Assembly (NCBI GenBank): GCA_973895155.1
Contig: OZ316893.1
Span: 21,064,955-21,128,954 of the forward strand
DNA length: 64,000 bases
Origin: Marsupella aquatica
Taxonomy: Eukaryota; Plantae; Marchantiophyta
Reading direction: 5' to 3'
Made by a program: the position numbers and the translations under genes. Positions 24,301 to 37,559 of this stretch are shown here, one piece after another (position 1 is the stretch's first letter; each line of letters begins with the position of its first letter). The notes beneath the pieces were generated by a model. The model was not told the DNA's origin. It did not search any database and was given only the letters and a program-made list of their open reading frames with translations.

Positions 24301-27300
24301 AGGCTTTCCCTCAAAGTCTAATGGTGAGATTAGACGGGTTGTACTGCAAACAATTTGGTGGAGTTGGGCGCACACGAACAGAGCCTTTCTTGACGTTCTT
24401 CAGTGAGAATCTAATGAAGACAACCACGCCAGAGTTATCGGAAGAGGCGACGCCAATGTGTCCACTTGCAATTGTTGATTTTAGTAGGGCACGACAACAT
24501 GAATGGACAGATTCGGAAATTTTTGTATTGCTCCAATATATTGTGGAGTTGCCAAGGAATACAACCATTGTAGTTGTCATGACTACTCATCCAGGGCCAC
24601 TTCCAGCCAACATCTTAAGTGCCCTAAGGAAATTAGGACATGAAAAGCATTTGCCCATCCATGTTGAATACGGGAGTTATGATCGGGAAGATCGCCCAAA
24701 TCCGCAGGGCTTAATTTTTACAGGAGCGATTGAGCAGGTCATTTTTGCTGGAATTACAGGTGAAGACAATTTTGATTGGAATCGATTGTTTAAGCCAGAG
24801 TTCAATTCAAAATTTAGTCTTCACCCCGATGTTGACTGTGATTTCAATATTGAAGTGAAGGCTGACAAGCAAGAGAAAAGCAAGGGAAAAGAGAATGAGA
24901 CAGAGGAGCAGTCTCCCGCATTTGATATGGCAGATTTATTGCGGCAAGCTCCAATGTTTGAGATGGTCGGAAGTCGAGGAGGATTTGTCAATCCGCATGC
25001 CAAGCCCCGACACATGCTCAAAAATATTATTGAATGTTTTTCCGGTGAGGGGGAGACTGTCCTCGATTTTTTTTCAGGAGGGCAGGTTTTGAAGGTGGCC
25101 TTGTTGGCATACCGAGATTGTTTTGTCTATTCAGACACTTTGCAAGAACACCATTTCACCCAAGCATATGCAAGGGTTTTGTGCAACAGGATTCCCTCCC
25201 TTATGAAAGAGCGGATGGGAGTACATGGTCCTAGTAGAGCTCATCTAAGTGTTCTTTGCGGGCCTATGGACAACCCCCAACCGGGCCCTCAACGAGTTGA
25301 CCTTGAGGATGGTGAGTTGCAGCATGATGACGGAGGTTCAAGTCCTATGGTAGAGGAGGATTTTGGCGGAAATTGGGATGCTCGAGCAACAGAAATGGTT
25401 GGCATTACTACCTACGGTGTTGAAGGGCTACCTCAACTCGACATAGTGATGTCGGGTCGCCCTGAGAGCGACCCTCCATCAAATCCTCTCAACCCTGAAG
25501 TATCAAAATTGCATCCCGAGAGACCACAGGTATCGTGCACATTGGATGCAGGTTGGCAGAATATTGGGGCCACTACACCCACCACGGACCTACAAGTTGG
25601 TATTGCAGAAGCGATTGAAGACAACCTTCCACTTGGAGAGACAACAAATGTTGAAGCTGAAGAGGCAGGTGCTTCAACTTGTTCCGAGTCTCCTCAATTT
25701 TGTTCGTCAGGGAATAAATTGGTCTTCACAAGGATGTCAAGCGGAAGCCCCATAATATTACGCTTGTCTCAAAAGTCTGGATCTGAGATAGGTAGAACAG
25801 GATATATGAAGACAGTCCGTCATGCAACTCATTTCATTTGGAGAAATGGACCTAAAGTTGGATTGAAAGAAACGTTGGAGGATGCGCCTAAGTTAATGGT
25901 CAAACCTGATTACATAATAGACAAATTGAGATTGAGTCCAGTGTTTGCGCCGCCAACGTTGGTGGAGCAGCTTCCTGTTGGCGTCAATTCTGATATCCAA
26001 AGTGATCTAGGTGATAAAATGATAGATGAATATGGGTCATTTAGTAGTGGAGGTTAATATTATGGTTTCGTTCTTCTATTTTTCACAATAATCTAAAATA
26101 TTATGTTTGGAAATCATATATGGACAGACCAAAGTTTTGTCATAGCATCTCTTCCATCGAAGGATATTATTGGTCTACCTTCAGCAAGCGGTACCCTGGT
26201 CCAAGACAAAGCATTTGAGCAAGGTACTTCTACATTGATATATCAAAATGCTTTGACATTCAAAAATGATATGTTTGTTTTCCCCATTAGGTCGGGTCGA
26301 TCCAGGTTTGACCCTAAGTTCTTCTTTTATATCTTTTAGATATAATTTTGATTCATTTGGATCTTTGCAGATTTCACTCCTAAATTGCACTCTGATATAA
26401 GAAGAAAACTCTTGATTTTGGACCTGAACAAAATTTGTTGGGATTGCGTCAAAACAAAAAGCTCGGGACCGTTAAGATCTACAACAACTGTGCAGGGTGT
26501 GCATTGGGGGAGACGGGGTGGATTCAATTTCATGTACGTGGAAAGGCCAGGGTTGCACCAATTTTTGGAGGTGGCTTTCAAAGGTTTTGATGTCGCATTG
26601 TGGACTTGTGCGGGGAGGCCAAGAACTAATGAAATGATGAATTTGATTTTCAAAGAAGAGGAGCGGAGGCAATTTAAATTTGTTTTCACACAAGAAGATG
26701 CTTTTGATAGTGGCATAAAAAGACCGGACGTAGCAGATGGGAAAGCAAATATTATGTTGAAGGATTTGCATGTGGTGTGGAGTCGTTTTGGAGACAAGTA
26801 TGATGATACAAACACTCTACTTATTGATGACTCTCCAGTGAAGGCTTTTGCAAATCCACAGTATAGTGGTTTGTTCCCAACTCCCTTCTCACACATTGCC
26901 GAGAGTGACACTTTTCTACCAGAGATACTTTGGCCATTCCTTAGAAAATTGTGGAAGGCTTATGACATCCGACAATATATATCTGTCAACAATCCACTTT
27001 GGTCATTTGTTAATATAAATGATGACCGTGAAAGTAATGCTGCAATCTATGATTTACTTTCCCATAAGTGGGGAAGTAAGATTTGGCGTTCCAAGATTGA
27101 GTATACCATCTTGGATGTCACTGGAGATGAGATATGTTGGGAAGTGAGGGATATGGTACAATCCTACCCTACATTTGAGAACCTGACCGAAGATGATATG
27201 AAAGATGTGGTCAACAACTGTTTGGGCGAGTCTTATGCAGGTCCCTTCAGAGAAAATCCTCGCCGATTTGTCTGGGAAGTTCTAAAGACTAGGGATCTCA

Positions 27301-27443
27301 CCTCTAAGTTTAAAAATCGTTATCCCAAAGACACTTGCACTTGTGACAGACTATATGACCCAAATGGAGAGCGACTCACTTGTTCAAATCAGTCATGTAG
27401 ACATATTCATGGAGGCATAGAATTTGAAATTTTAGATGATTAA
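21326..27443 (+). CDS. ~1712-aa multidomain protein: ParB/Srx-like + beta-class amino-DNA-methyltransferase-like + FCP1/NIF-type HAD phosphatase + C-terminal Cys/His cluster
   Basis: Exons 21326-21494, 22040-23556, 23769-26052, 26128-26223 and 26371-27443. All four introns are GT-AG with matching phases (1,0,1,1); total 5139 nt, no internal stop. Motifs: Lys-rich NLS-like tract; FEIPVKSI..YR..FLAISGQHS (ParB-like); NPHAKP..IECFSGEGETVLDFFSGG (MTase motifs X/I); KLLILDLN..RPGL..FL..ALWT..LKDL..LLIDDSP (FCP1-like). Confidence 0.8.
21577..21934. repeat. 60-bp tandem array x6 in intron 1, each unit with the palindrome GGGTCGCTC-CAG-GAGCGACCC
   Basis: Exact 60-bp period with near-identical units. 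One unit has a CpG>CpA change (~21797). Confidence 0.95.
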
Positions 27444-27944
27444 TCATTATGTTTCTGTACATTGTAGGACACAAGATTGGAGTCATGCAATCATTTTTCT
27501 ATTTCACAGGTCATAGAACTACTTTGGACTTTACACTAGCTTGACCATTGGAGTAGGATCGACATTATGGCTAGCCAACCTTGAATATATGTTATGATAA
27601 ATGAGATGATTAATCTCACTTTGAATTTAATCATGAGTTTTTGACCAAATGATACATGTTTGTCACTTATCTATTTAATTTCAAATACAATTAATATTAA
27701 TAATTTCTGTATTATGATTAATTGATTAAAATCAAATTTGGAGTGCAAAAGTGTAATTTTAAACCAAAAAGAGTGTATATTTAGTCTTGAAAAATTGTTT
27801 ATTTGGAGCAAAATTAATGGACTTTTTAGAGACAAGAATGTAAATTTGAGGATCACAATCTGGACTTTTAAATTTCCAGTTTTAATGAATAGTGTGATCT
27901 AAGTGCCGTAACCTTTGAGTCACAAGACTAAGAGCAATCCTTAA

Positions 27945-28170
27945 CAGAGATGAGAAAAAGATGTCAATATGAGGAAAAAATGTTGAGGGTGAAGAAAAAT
28001 GTTGTGGTGAGATAAAGATGACCAGGTGAGAAAAATATGGCAAAATGAGATAAATATAATATATATGTTGAGATGAAAAAAGATCTCAAGGTGAATAAAA
28101 TATGTCAAGATGAACAAAGATCTTGAAATGAAAAGATATTAATATGAAAAAGAGATGTCAAGATGAGAAA
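27945..28170 (-). repeat. ~20-bp minisatellite of the Helitron-associated family
   Basis: GAGAAAAAGATGTCAA-type units, the reverse complement of the 2090-3100 arrays. Confidence 0.7.
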
Positions 28171-31100
28171 ATATTTTATCTATATTTTATTTATATTTGA
28201 AATTATTTCAAAATAATTAGAATTTTTAATTTATGAATAAATTTAATAAAAAATTTATTAATTTTTTCAATTGTGGCAGGTATGGGAAGATTAAAGGGTA
28301 GCTTGGGCAGGAACTTATTTTTAGAAGGGGTGTGTGGATAGATCTTAAAGTGTGGGAAAAATTATGTTTTAATAAACATTCAAAATTGATTGTCACTTTT
28401 TTTAGTTTATAAAGGGACCTGATCAGGATTATACTGGTACATAGTAAAGGGAGGTCTCCTTGATACTTTTGCATTGCTAGAGACTCTCCTTATTTTCTTT
28501 GTACTATTAAATTAGTTTTTGCTTGGAAACATTGTTTTCCATTTTCATTCACAAGAGAAATCACTCTTTCATGTTTTTTATTTTTGGGATATTGCAAATT
28601 TGAATGACTACTATAATAAAAAAAGTAACATTTTATTATAGCTTTTGATATGGTCTTTGTAATCTAACCTATTTTTAATAAACCTATTTTAATTAAATTA
28701 TTATCATTATTATGTATTTTGAAATATTGTAATACTTGCAATAATATATAATATCATATATATTATGTACTTTTGTATTTCATGTGTATACCTCCTTGAT
28801 ACTCATGCATGTACATTCATTCTCTTGTTTTGTGTGCCCCATTGGTTCTAGCATTGGCTCCTTTGTGTCTCCCATTTTATTCCCAGTTTGTTTGGAATGT
28901 ATTTATTATTTTTTGGTGCACACTAAATTTAATATAACCTTTATTCCTTCTCTTTGACATGATTAATGTGTTTTGGACACTGCAAATTTGAATGACAAGC
29001 ACTTCATAAAAAGGCGCAACCTTGTATTATAGTTTAGGATAACAACAGCAACCCTGCCAAGATGACCAGACTTATGCACCCACAAGCTATGATAAACAAT
29101 CATATGGTTTTTTAATAATTGCTTCCAAAATTTGATATTTGCAATGCCAAGGAAAGAATGCGAAGCAACAGGGAGGGGGAGACCCAACAAGATGGGTGAT
29201 ACTTGGGAGCTGAACAAGACAGGCAATATATAAGGGCCTGTATAAGGGAGGGGCAAGGATGGAGGAGAGGCACATGCATGGGAAAACATAGACTGAGAGG
29301 AACACTTGGTCCTGTCCCCTCCCCTCCCCTCCCGCATATGGATGAGGAAATGGGAACAACCTCCTTTATGCAACAATAACTTTTATGCAACCACAGGTAT
29401 TGAGCTACTTATACAATATCTCTTCTTGCAACAACAAAGTGGGATGGATGTGTCTATTCATTTGGGTCTGATATGCAATTGGATGGCTGTGTCTATTCAT
29501 TCAGGTCCGATATAAAATCAATCTGCAATAGGGGCCACCCTGCTTCACAATGGAGAGAGTCTGAGAGGCACGCATTCACTAGATTGAAAATGACGGTAAA
29601 ATGCTTATTAACAATTGAAAACCACAACTGCAGGGAGGTTCTTTTAAGCGTATCTTTGTATTGCAAGTTCTAATGTGACAATATATGGTTCCGTAAGTCA
29701 TTACATATCATGATCAAATTTATTGTTTTGCTTAAATCCCTTGTTATTCAGCAGACCGTATATTACCCGGATGCTATCAAACGAACCCTCTCTGACAAAC
29801 AGTTATGGTGCCCACCAAGTTTGGAAGTGTCCAAGTCCCTTCTGTGTCGGCCCAGCTCCTAGATATGGAACTTCGACGGCTGGAGTTGTTTCCGTTCTCT
29901 AGTGAACTTTCCATGAGGGTCCGTAATAACACCTGATTGGGAAACATTGCCAATGATCTGCTCAAACATCTCATTTCTGGAGGCACTCAGCAGCTGTCAC
30001 GACGAGGATGTGATAATTACAAAACCGTTTCCACTATAATGAGCAATGTGTGAATTGCATCTTATGGTGTCATAATGACTGTATGTTGTCTAATTAAGAT
30101 GAAAGTACTGTACGAGAGGGTATATCACACAAAATGTTAGTCATTTTTTCTGTTATACCACATCGAAGTGCAGGCCTTCGTCATCTTATCATGAAGGTTC
30201 TCTTTGTGAGTTGTTTTCACCATTGCAACCTCAGAAGCTTCATTTCAAATGTGCTGTTGTTGAACCGTGCTCTCTCCACGTAACCCTCCATTAAATGTTG
30301 GAGAATTTCATTCATTGAGACAAGTGTCCGTTTATATTATTATAAGCATCTTCCTCAATCAGATCTCTGACAAAAGACTCCTGGGTTGATAAAATATTAA
30401 GGAATATTTCCTCTCTTTACATTGTCCCCTTCTCTCATATTTTCTTTATTTGGAAATATGATCACACTATTTTTTACTATCCTACTCGGACATATGAAGA
30501 ATTTTGGGATCCCACCACCACCATTTCTCTGTTTTTCATCAACAAATTTTGACAAGTAGGTAAACTTGATCTCAAGAGTCTATATCTGCAAGCTTAAACC
30601 TAATATGCGCCCTTGGCAAAGAGAAAGAGTGGCTTGCAAGAAATAAGGAGAAAATTGTCTGGACCCTTGAAGGAGTAAGGGCACTGATTTTTGCATTTGA
30701 ATAAGCATAAACCCTTCAACTTCATGCCACGGGTCCAGCTGTAATCATTTCCAGACCCAGCATGATCACCATGCCTAGCAAAAAGAAACACTGTTTGGGA
30801 TGTTCAACCCTCTCTTGAATATCTTGGTAGGGGTCCAGATACGGTCTCGGTCCTGCTATGCCTAGAAAGCAATAGTGGTGAACAACGGTTTCTGATCATA
30901 TCTTGTCACCCAGATGTGTGACAGAATGTGTTAGTAGTTATCAAATGCACAAGAGAGTAAGGTTTGAGAAGGAATGTGTTGAATACCCTTGATATGGTGG
31001 GTACCCCATGCTAAAGACACCAATGACGCTCGGACTTGCTCTCGGGCTACCCTAATATTTTACACTAGAGCATACATGCACAAAGTAAGCCATGATTGCA

Positions 31101-33175
31101 TAGGGTTCCATGGACCACTCGATCCCATGAACTGGTATCGACCAGGTTAATTACTGTGGACTAGAAAAGTATAGATTTTGACAAATTGCTATCTGAGTAC
31201 AACAAAAGCAATTTTGTAGTCCATCTGGAATGCGCTGGTCCATCTGGGCATTTGTGAAATGATGACGTCCATTGGGGCTTCAGTTGCTAGGATTTGGAGA
31301 TATAAAAAGCTCATCAAATTTTGTATTTTGATGGCTTTATCCTGTCAACCAATCCACACAATTACAAAACAATTAAAAATGTCATAGTGGGTGATAAGAG
31401 GGAGGTTTGCTGGTTTTTGGTTTCATTAGAGGAAGGGACTTGCTTAATGAAAGTCCAATGTTGCCCAAGTAAGGTTGAGATACTTTTGTGTTAAAAACAA
31501 GCCTTCAATCTTTCTGACAAGTTGCTGTTATGGCTCGTTTCTATATGTATGCCCAGCCCCACCCAACAGCCAAGATTGGTGTTAATTAAATTGGTGTCAA
31601 TTGAAACAAGAGGGGGCAGCCTAGTAAATAGTCCTAGAGCAATATAGCTCGTGCAGGACCGCTCAAATCCAGAGAAATTCCAAATCGTGTAGTCTAGCTC
31701 AGGAAGCCATCACAAATCCAGTGAGATCCCAAATTTTGTAATCAATGTAGCTTGGGATCACTGTTAAGCCAGTGAGGTTGGCAATCATAGTATAGGGACC
31801 TTGCCTTGGGCAGGGGTGCACTGGCCTAACAGGAAGTCCATTGCTTCTTTTCAATCGATCCGGCCCTCAGAGATTGAACCTGCACCATATAATGAGTGGA
31901 AAGGGTTACAATTGGCATTACAAGAACTCAACCCCCTATTCAACTAGGGTGTCTACCTATCCAACTTGGCAAGCTATGGGCTCTAGAGATGGTCCAACTT
32001 TTTTAAACTCTGGTTCCTTCATTCAAAAGAATTGTATTTATTTAAGTTCAGTTCAAAAGATTTTTGGTCTGGAGTCTGTCTAACAAGATAATCACGGATT
32101 GAAAGCTACTGTAGCGAACTAAGTCTATGGAGACTACTGTCTATAGTCAGTGAAGTCTCTAGACTCTCTGGGTAACTGAAATTGGAGGTACAATTGGAGA
32201 CTGGGCAGATAGAGTCTCTGATAATGGAGCACCTGGCTTCAATGTCCTCACCTCTGTCCATTCAGGTCGGCACTCGGGCTAGACCCTAGAAGACCAAGTG
32301 TCCCTCGAGTTTTCTTTGGTGAAAAAAGGACTCTCCTTACCTAGGAGCAAATATAAGTTCCTAGGCTGGATGATGCTCCACTACATATCTCCCTATCAAT
32401 CACCTTGCTTGTTCTCTTTTCACATGCTGGATAGTTACTACGCTAGCTGTGAACCAGTGACTCCATGGAGGTGCCTACTGGAGCCGCCAACAACACAATT
32501 GTGGGCGGCGACCCTTCACTTCAGAATGATGCTAAATAGCCCCCCATGCTCGCAGTCTGCAGAGTCTTCAGAGTCGGACAGGGTTGAACTTGGCTTCCAA
32601 GTTGGACTGGAGAGACCGACTCTCCTGACTGCAGCGGCTGCCCCAACATTTGCTACGATCTCTTCTCGCTGTAAGGATCCAGACGTTCAGATTGCTTACA
32701 ATAACACGCCTTCCGCAGAGTCCAGTAACTTGTACCTGCGATACACATCATTGTGTCAATAGTCTCCAGTGCACGTACTCTCTAGGTTCACTTGGGACTG
32801 TCGCCTGCTCCTAGCTGCGTGGAGGTCACTCGGTTAGAAGCGGGCTTCAGTTTATATTCAGTAGATCATTCTTGGCTGGCTGAAGGACCGGTAGATTCAC
32901 TCAATCAATCGTGCACATTGCATTGAGCATAGTGTGTGAAGAACCCTCATCAAATTCCTGTGGTTTCACTCTGCTTCCTGATGTAGGTGAGAAACATTGA
33001 GCTCTATTCACATTTCAGCGGAGCTCAGTACGTTGGAAGTGGTCGCCGAGTTCTGAAAACTTCTGGAAATCTTGCCCAAGGAGATCAGGAAATATTACTG
33101 CGGGTGGTGGCGTCTAGTTCCTTGGTCTCCTCGCACGCCCAACACACGGAGGTTGCTGCACGCAAAGTAGCTGCA

Positions 33176-35869
33176 ATGGCTCACATGACTACTACAATGG
33201 CGGGGAAGTTGTTGGTGGTAATGGTGGTCTTGAGCCTGGCGACGAGATCAGTGAATGGCCAGCTCAGGAAGGATTACTATGCTCAGAGCTGCCCCAACGT
33301 GGAGGCACTCGCTAGGTCGGCTTTCCTCAACCGAGTTAGCTTCTTCAACATCATCTCGTTGCCTGCCAACATTCTCCGACTCGCCTTCCACGACTGTGCT
33401 GTCGATGTATGTTCTCTCTAATTCGTATCACCATTGGCTTTCACAGCTTAGTTTGTTATTGGGTATGATATTAGTGTCCTAGTGACGTTTAGTCTCGAGG
33501 ATGCATCTGTACAAATCTGTCAGCTGATCTTTGTTGATGGGCGCACCATCTATGCTTCTGTTATGCTTCTGACCATACCGCGGGGCTTTCCGTTAACAAC
33601 GAACCTGGGCACTTTCCTACGCTAACAGCAGGGTGGCTAGGTTCAATACCCTCACATCTGTGTCACATGCTTCACGGACCAACTCCCTTACTGCTACGTT
33701 GGGCCATATATTGAGAATGACCGTTTGGCTGAGCTGGCCATTCAATGCCCGTAAACTTCGCGATTCTTAGCCTTCGGCTATCATGCCAGTCCGATATGAA
33801 GCACCCCTCCTCGCGCTTAATTAAGTTGACGTTGAATACTATCGTAGTGAGGGTATCAACTTTAGACATCCATTCATCCTTGGTAGCACCATTATTATCT
33901 TCGCGTGAAGTCCTACGGACTAGCACAAATCACAATCATGTGTTCACAGTATTGTGGTTGCTTCTGCTATCGTTGAAGGGAAGATTGGAGGGGGTTGTGT
34001 TGTACAAGACCCTGTGAATTCGGAATACTTCCGTACTTTACGAGTACCTGACTTACGAAGTCGTATCACCATATTTATACTGGCCTACGGGCAATAAGAC
34101 TAAACCCCCTTCAACAGAATTGTCCGAGGTCGAATATGAGGATCTAGCTTGCTTGACCTTGTTGCATGGAGCAGTACTGCGTCCTCTAGATGGAATATGA
34201 CAGTGTGTCGGGAACGTCGTCATGTTCCGACTTGATTGTATTGAAGTGGGGACTAGTGCAGTGATTATTCTATTGAATGACCGAAATGAATGGTCAATTA
34301 TGGTCGCGAAACTCACGCCACTGTCAGGGTCGAATTAATGATTCTTGCATGGTGATTGAAACGGCATCTCGTACACTTTCATTGCATATTGCTGTATTCT
34401 GCCGGTCATGACCTTAAGAGCGTTTCAGGTTAGAAGATCAATTGTGTGGACTCTTTCTTCATCTCACGAGCGTCCTCGTTTGTGGATTGCAGGGCTGTGA
34501 CGGTTCAGTTCTACTCGATAGCTCTCCGGATGGCTTGATAAAAGACGAGAAGCTCTCCAACAATAACATTGGTATTGGCAACATTCCCGTGATTACATAC
34601 ATGAAACAGCAGATCGATGCGCAATGTAAAGACTCTTCTGGAGCTCCGGTCGTGTCATGTGCTGACGTCGTTGCCATGGCTGGTCGGGAGGCCTTCAACT
34701 TTGTAAGTCAACGCCAGTTTCGTTCACTCGTGTTCAAATTTTCGTCATTTAATGCAGCTTTCGTGTATCTAATAACACATCTGGAACTGTGATGTTGGCG
34801 AGAATGATCGCTTCCATTAGTCTTCAGGAATTGCATGAGATTGACCACTAATAGTATATTTGGATCAAATGAACTACCGTAGACAGTATTTCTCAGCTCT
34901 TGGTTCCAAGGGATTCCCAGTGGATGTAAGGAAATGTTGCTTCTTACTCGTAATGTCCATGGTGCTATCGCTGATAGCATGTGAGATCTGCTTTCTGATG
35001 TCACTGTCCCTGTCCATGTATATGCGATCAATGTCTCAGGCCAAAGGTGTTGGAAATCTAGGCTCTCAAATCATTCCCATTCCCTTGGGCCGAAGAGATG
35101 GAACTCAGGCTCAGACCTCCCATGCCGACGCACAGCTACTAGGGCCTGAAACTTCTGTAGACGAATTGCTCTCAAATTTCGGTCGGATTGGTCTGACGAC
35201 AGAGCAGTCTGTCGCGCTTATTGGTAAGCCCGCCAATTTTCTGCTTTGCCAGCGTGAACGGAATAGATCTGAATAAGAACCGTTATCAGTGGCAAATTTC
35301 AGTGTTGATGTCGTTACCAGCCGTTACTGCTGATGCAAGCTTCTTTTGGATGGAAATGATGTCTTCGTACACGGCTCGAAATTGCATTGGTAGCTGAATC
35401 TGCTGCGGGAATCATTGTAGCTATATTTATCGTGCTTACAATCACTTTCATACTACTGTTCGCAGGATCTCATACGATTGGAATTGCCCACTGCGTAAAC
35501 ATTGTGAATCGTCTCTACCCGAATGCGGACGCGACTTTGTCGCAGCCCACGCAGGTGCCCCTACGTTTGAAGCTGAGCGCCCTTTGCCCTCAGGGTATAT
35601 ACAGCTCCGGCACGGTGGTGAACAACGATCAGACGAACACTATCTTTGACAACCAGTACTTTGCCAACGTTGTGACGGGCCAAGGCCTCATGACTGTTGA
35701 TGATAATCTTCGTCTGGATCCCCGAACCGCTGGATACGTCCGAAAATTCTCACTAAACCAGCCCTATTTCTACCAGAAATTTGCCGAAGCATACACTGTG
35801 CTCACCTCGTGGAGAGTCCTCACGGGCTCAGAAGGAGAGATTCGTAACGACTGTACCAAAGTGAACTAA
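33176..35869 (+). CDS. Class III secretory peroxidase
   Basis: Exons 33176 (or 33197)-33406, 34493-34702, 35040-35223 and 35466-35869, the canonical 3-intron layout. Signal peptide, then QL..YY..SCP, LRLAFHDC (distal His), GCDGSVLL, VSCAD, GRRDG, GSHTIG (proximal His), FDNQYF and GEIR..C..N. Confidence 0.95.
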
Positions 35870-36905
35870 CTGATGATCGATCCAAATCTATCGTTCATAT
35901 TGCAAGATATATGTAGACTCGTCGTCACAGCAGTCATGATACTGGTGAGCTTCGACAGGTCGAGCTGATCTGAATTCAGTGCGTCACGACCTTCAGCAGC
36001 ATGTGCTGGCGGTTCGATTTCAGAGTCTGTGACGGCACTCGTTGAGAGGGAGGCTATGATCAGCTTCGCTTCGTTTCCCATCAGGGTTAGCAGATCTGTA
36101 AGGGTAGGGTTTGCAGCGGTGAATTGATTGTTTCAAATCACTATTGATAGTAGAGAGTTCCTAGGCCATAAGTATAGTTTGTAATGGTTATTGGACTTAT
36201 TTAGGAAAAAGTACTAGTATGACCTTCAGGTGAAGGTCGCATAATGTTCAACAACACTAGCCAAGACGAAAATGAAAGATTGGGTCACAAGTTATCATGC
36301 CATTCGCTGCCGTTCTTGGATGATGTCCGGCTCCAGAATTCGTGCACTTCACCTGTGGTGGAAAAGTGAAATCGTCCGTAAGTTCTATCGATCTGGGCAT
36401 CATGTTCATCCTCTTGTCATACATAAGAACAAGCGATGTATTTGTCTGGCATATGCTGCACAACTTGCTTTCACACCCTCTACTTGCGATTGCAATAGAA
36501 ACCTTACATCCAGAACTCCAAATAGTTTGCTTCATTCTCTGCCTCGTACGTACTGGTCCGTAATTTGTAATTCATGTTAGGGATCGCTGAGCTAACGCGG
36601 AAGACAAGAGTTGACGTACGCAAGTTTCACCTTCTCTTCAATACTCTTATTCATCTTGAGAGCACTGAGCAGCTTCGCTAACACGGTAGACCGTGAACTG
36701 ACGGAAAAGTGCGTACGAGTAAAGAAGTCGCAAATTCGAATGAGACTCGAAATGCTGAAAACTTCGTGCGACACTAACGCCCTCCATTACTTAGTGCAGA
36801 TGATGGTGTAGACGCGCCCCATACATCACGCACCAGTAAAACGAAGCATGGTACTACCATATCTCTTTGAGATGCCCACCACGTCTAAGGATCTAACCGC
36901 GCCTT

Positions 36906-37090
36906 AACTCGTTGGATGGAATGCACACTCCTCATCAAACAATATATACTTTATGAGTTAATTTCTTGAATAAAACGATTGTCCCGATGGTGCATAAACT
37001 CGTTGGATGGAATGCTCACTCCTCATCAAAACAATATATACTTTTATGAGTTAATTTCTTGAATAAAACGATTGTCCCGATGGTGCATAA
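36906..37090. repeat. ~91-bp tandem duplication
   Basis: AACTCGTTGGATGGAATG...CCCGATGGTGCATAA at 36906 and 36997. Confidence 0.9.
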
Positions 37091-37559
37091 TCACTATTTC
37101 AACTCATAATGTACTGTATGTAGCCGCACGTCTGAGAAGGTATCTATTGTCGATTCCTTGTCGTAACTAGGAAATACTATTGCATTCCGGCAGCACTTTG
37201 TTCATGACAATCTCTTGTCTTGTTCGTCGAAAGCGCAGAATCTCTTCCCTTACCGCTGAAGGGTCCAATTCAAAATGTACCTTGCCAAATGGATCCCACA
37301 ACACAAAATATAAATTACCACTTTCTGGGAATGAGTTTTGGATTTTAGACAACCCAAAAAGAGGCAAGCATGGGAGTTCGGGGAATGTGAATACAGGGAA
37401 CCGGGTATCAAAGCTATATTCGAACTATGTGCCTCAATGATGGGAGGCTCCCACTTGTAAACATTACCGCTTTGTAAACATTCATGAATGAAGTTTGTGA
37501 CATTGCATTCTACGGTCTTCCCGACCATTAATTCAGAAACTTGGGGCAGGGAGACTAGC

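Larger units (their letters stand above)
15991..27944. mobile_element. Putative Sola-like DNA transposon (~12 kb) with a divergent ParB-MTase-phosphatase cargo gene; boundaries approximate
   Basis: Transposase and cargo gene lie head-to-head and share one palindromic motif across their non-coding DNA. Both sides abut minisatellite repeats. No long TIR was found. Confidence 0.7.

Noticed and set aside
22015-27443. Three separate genes (530, 764 and 352 aa ORFs), like a bacterial operon or contaminant
   Set aside because: Consensus GT-AG sites with matching phases join them into one reading frame, and the flanking DNA is plant repeat and gene sequence.
15629-28170. Autonomous Helitron or Replitron
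   Set aside because: No HUH Rep or PIF1 helicase motifs in any ORF. The recombinase present is a DDD/RNase H-type transposase.
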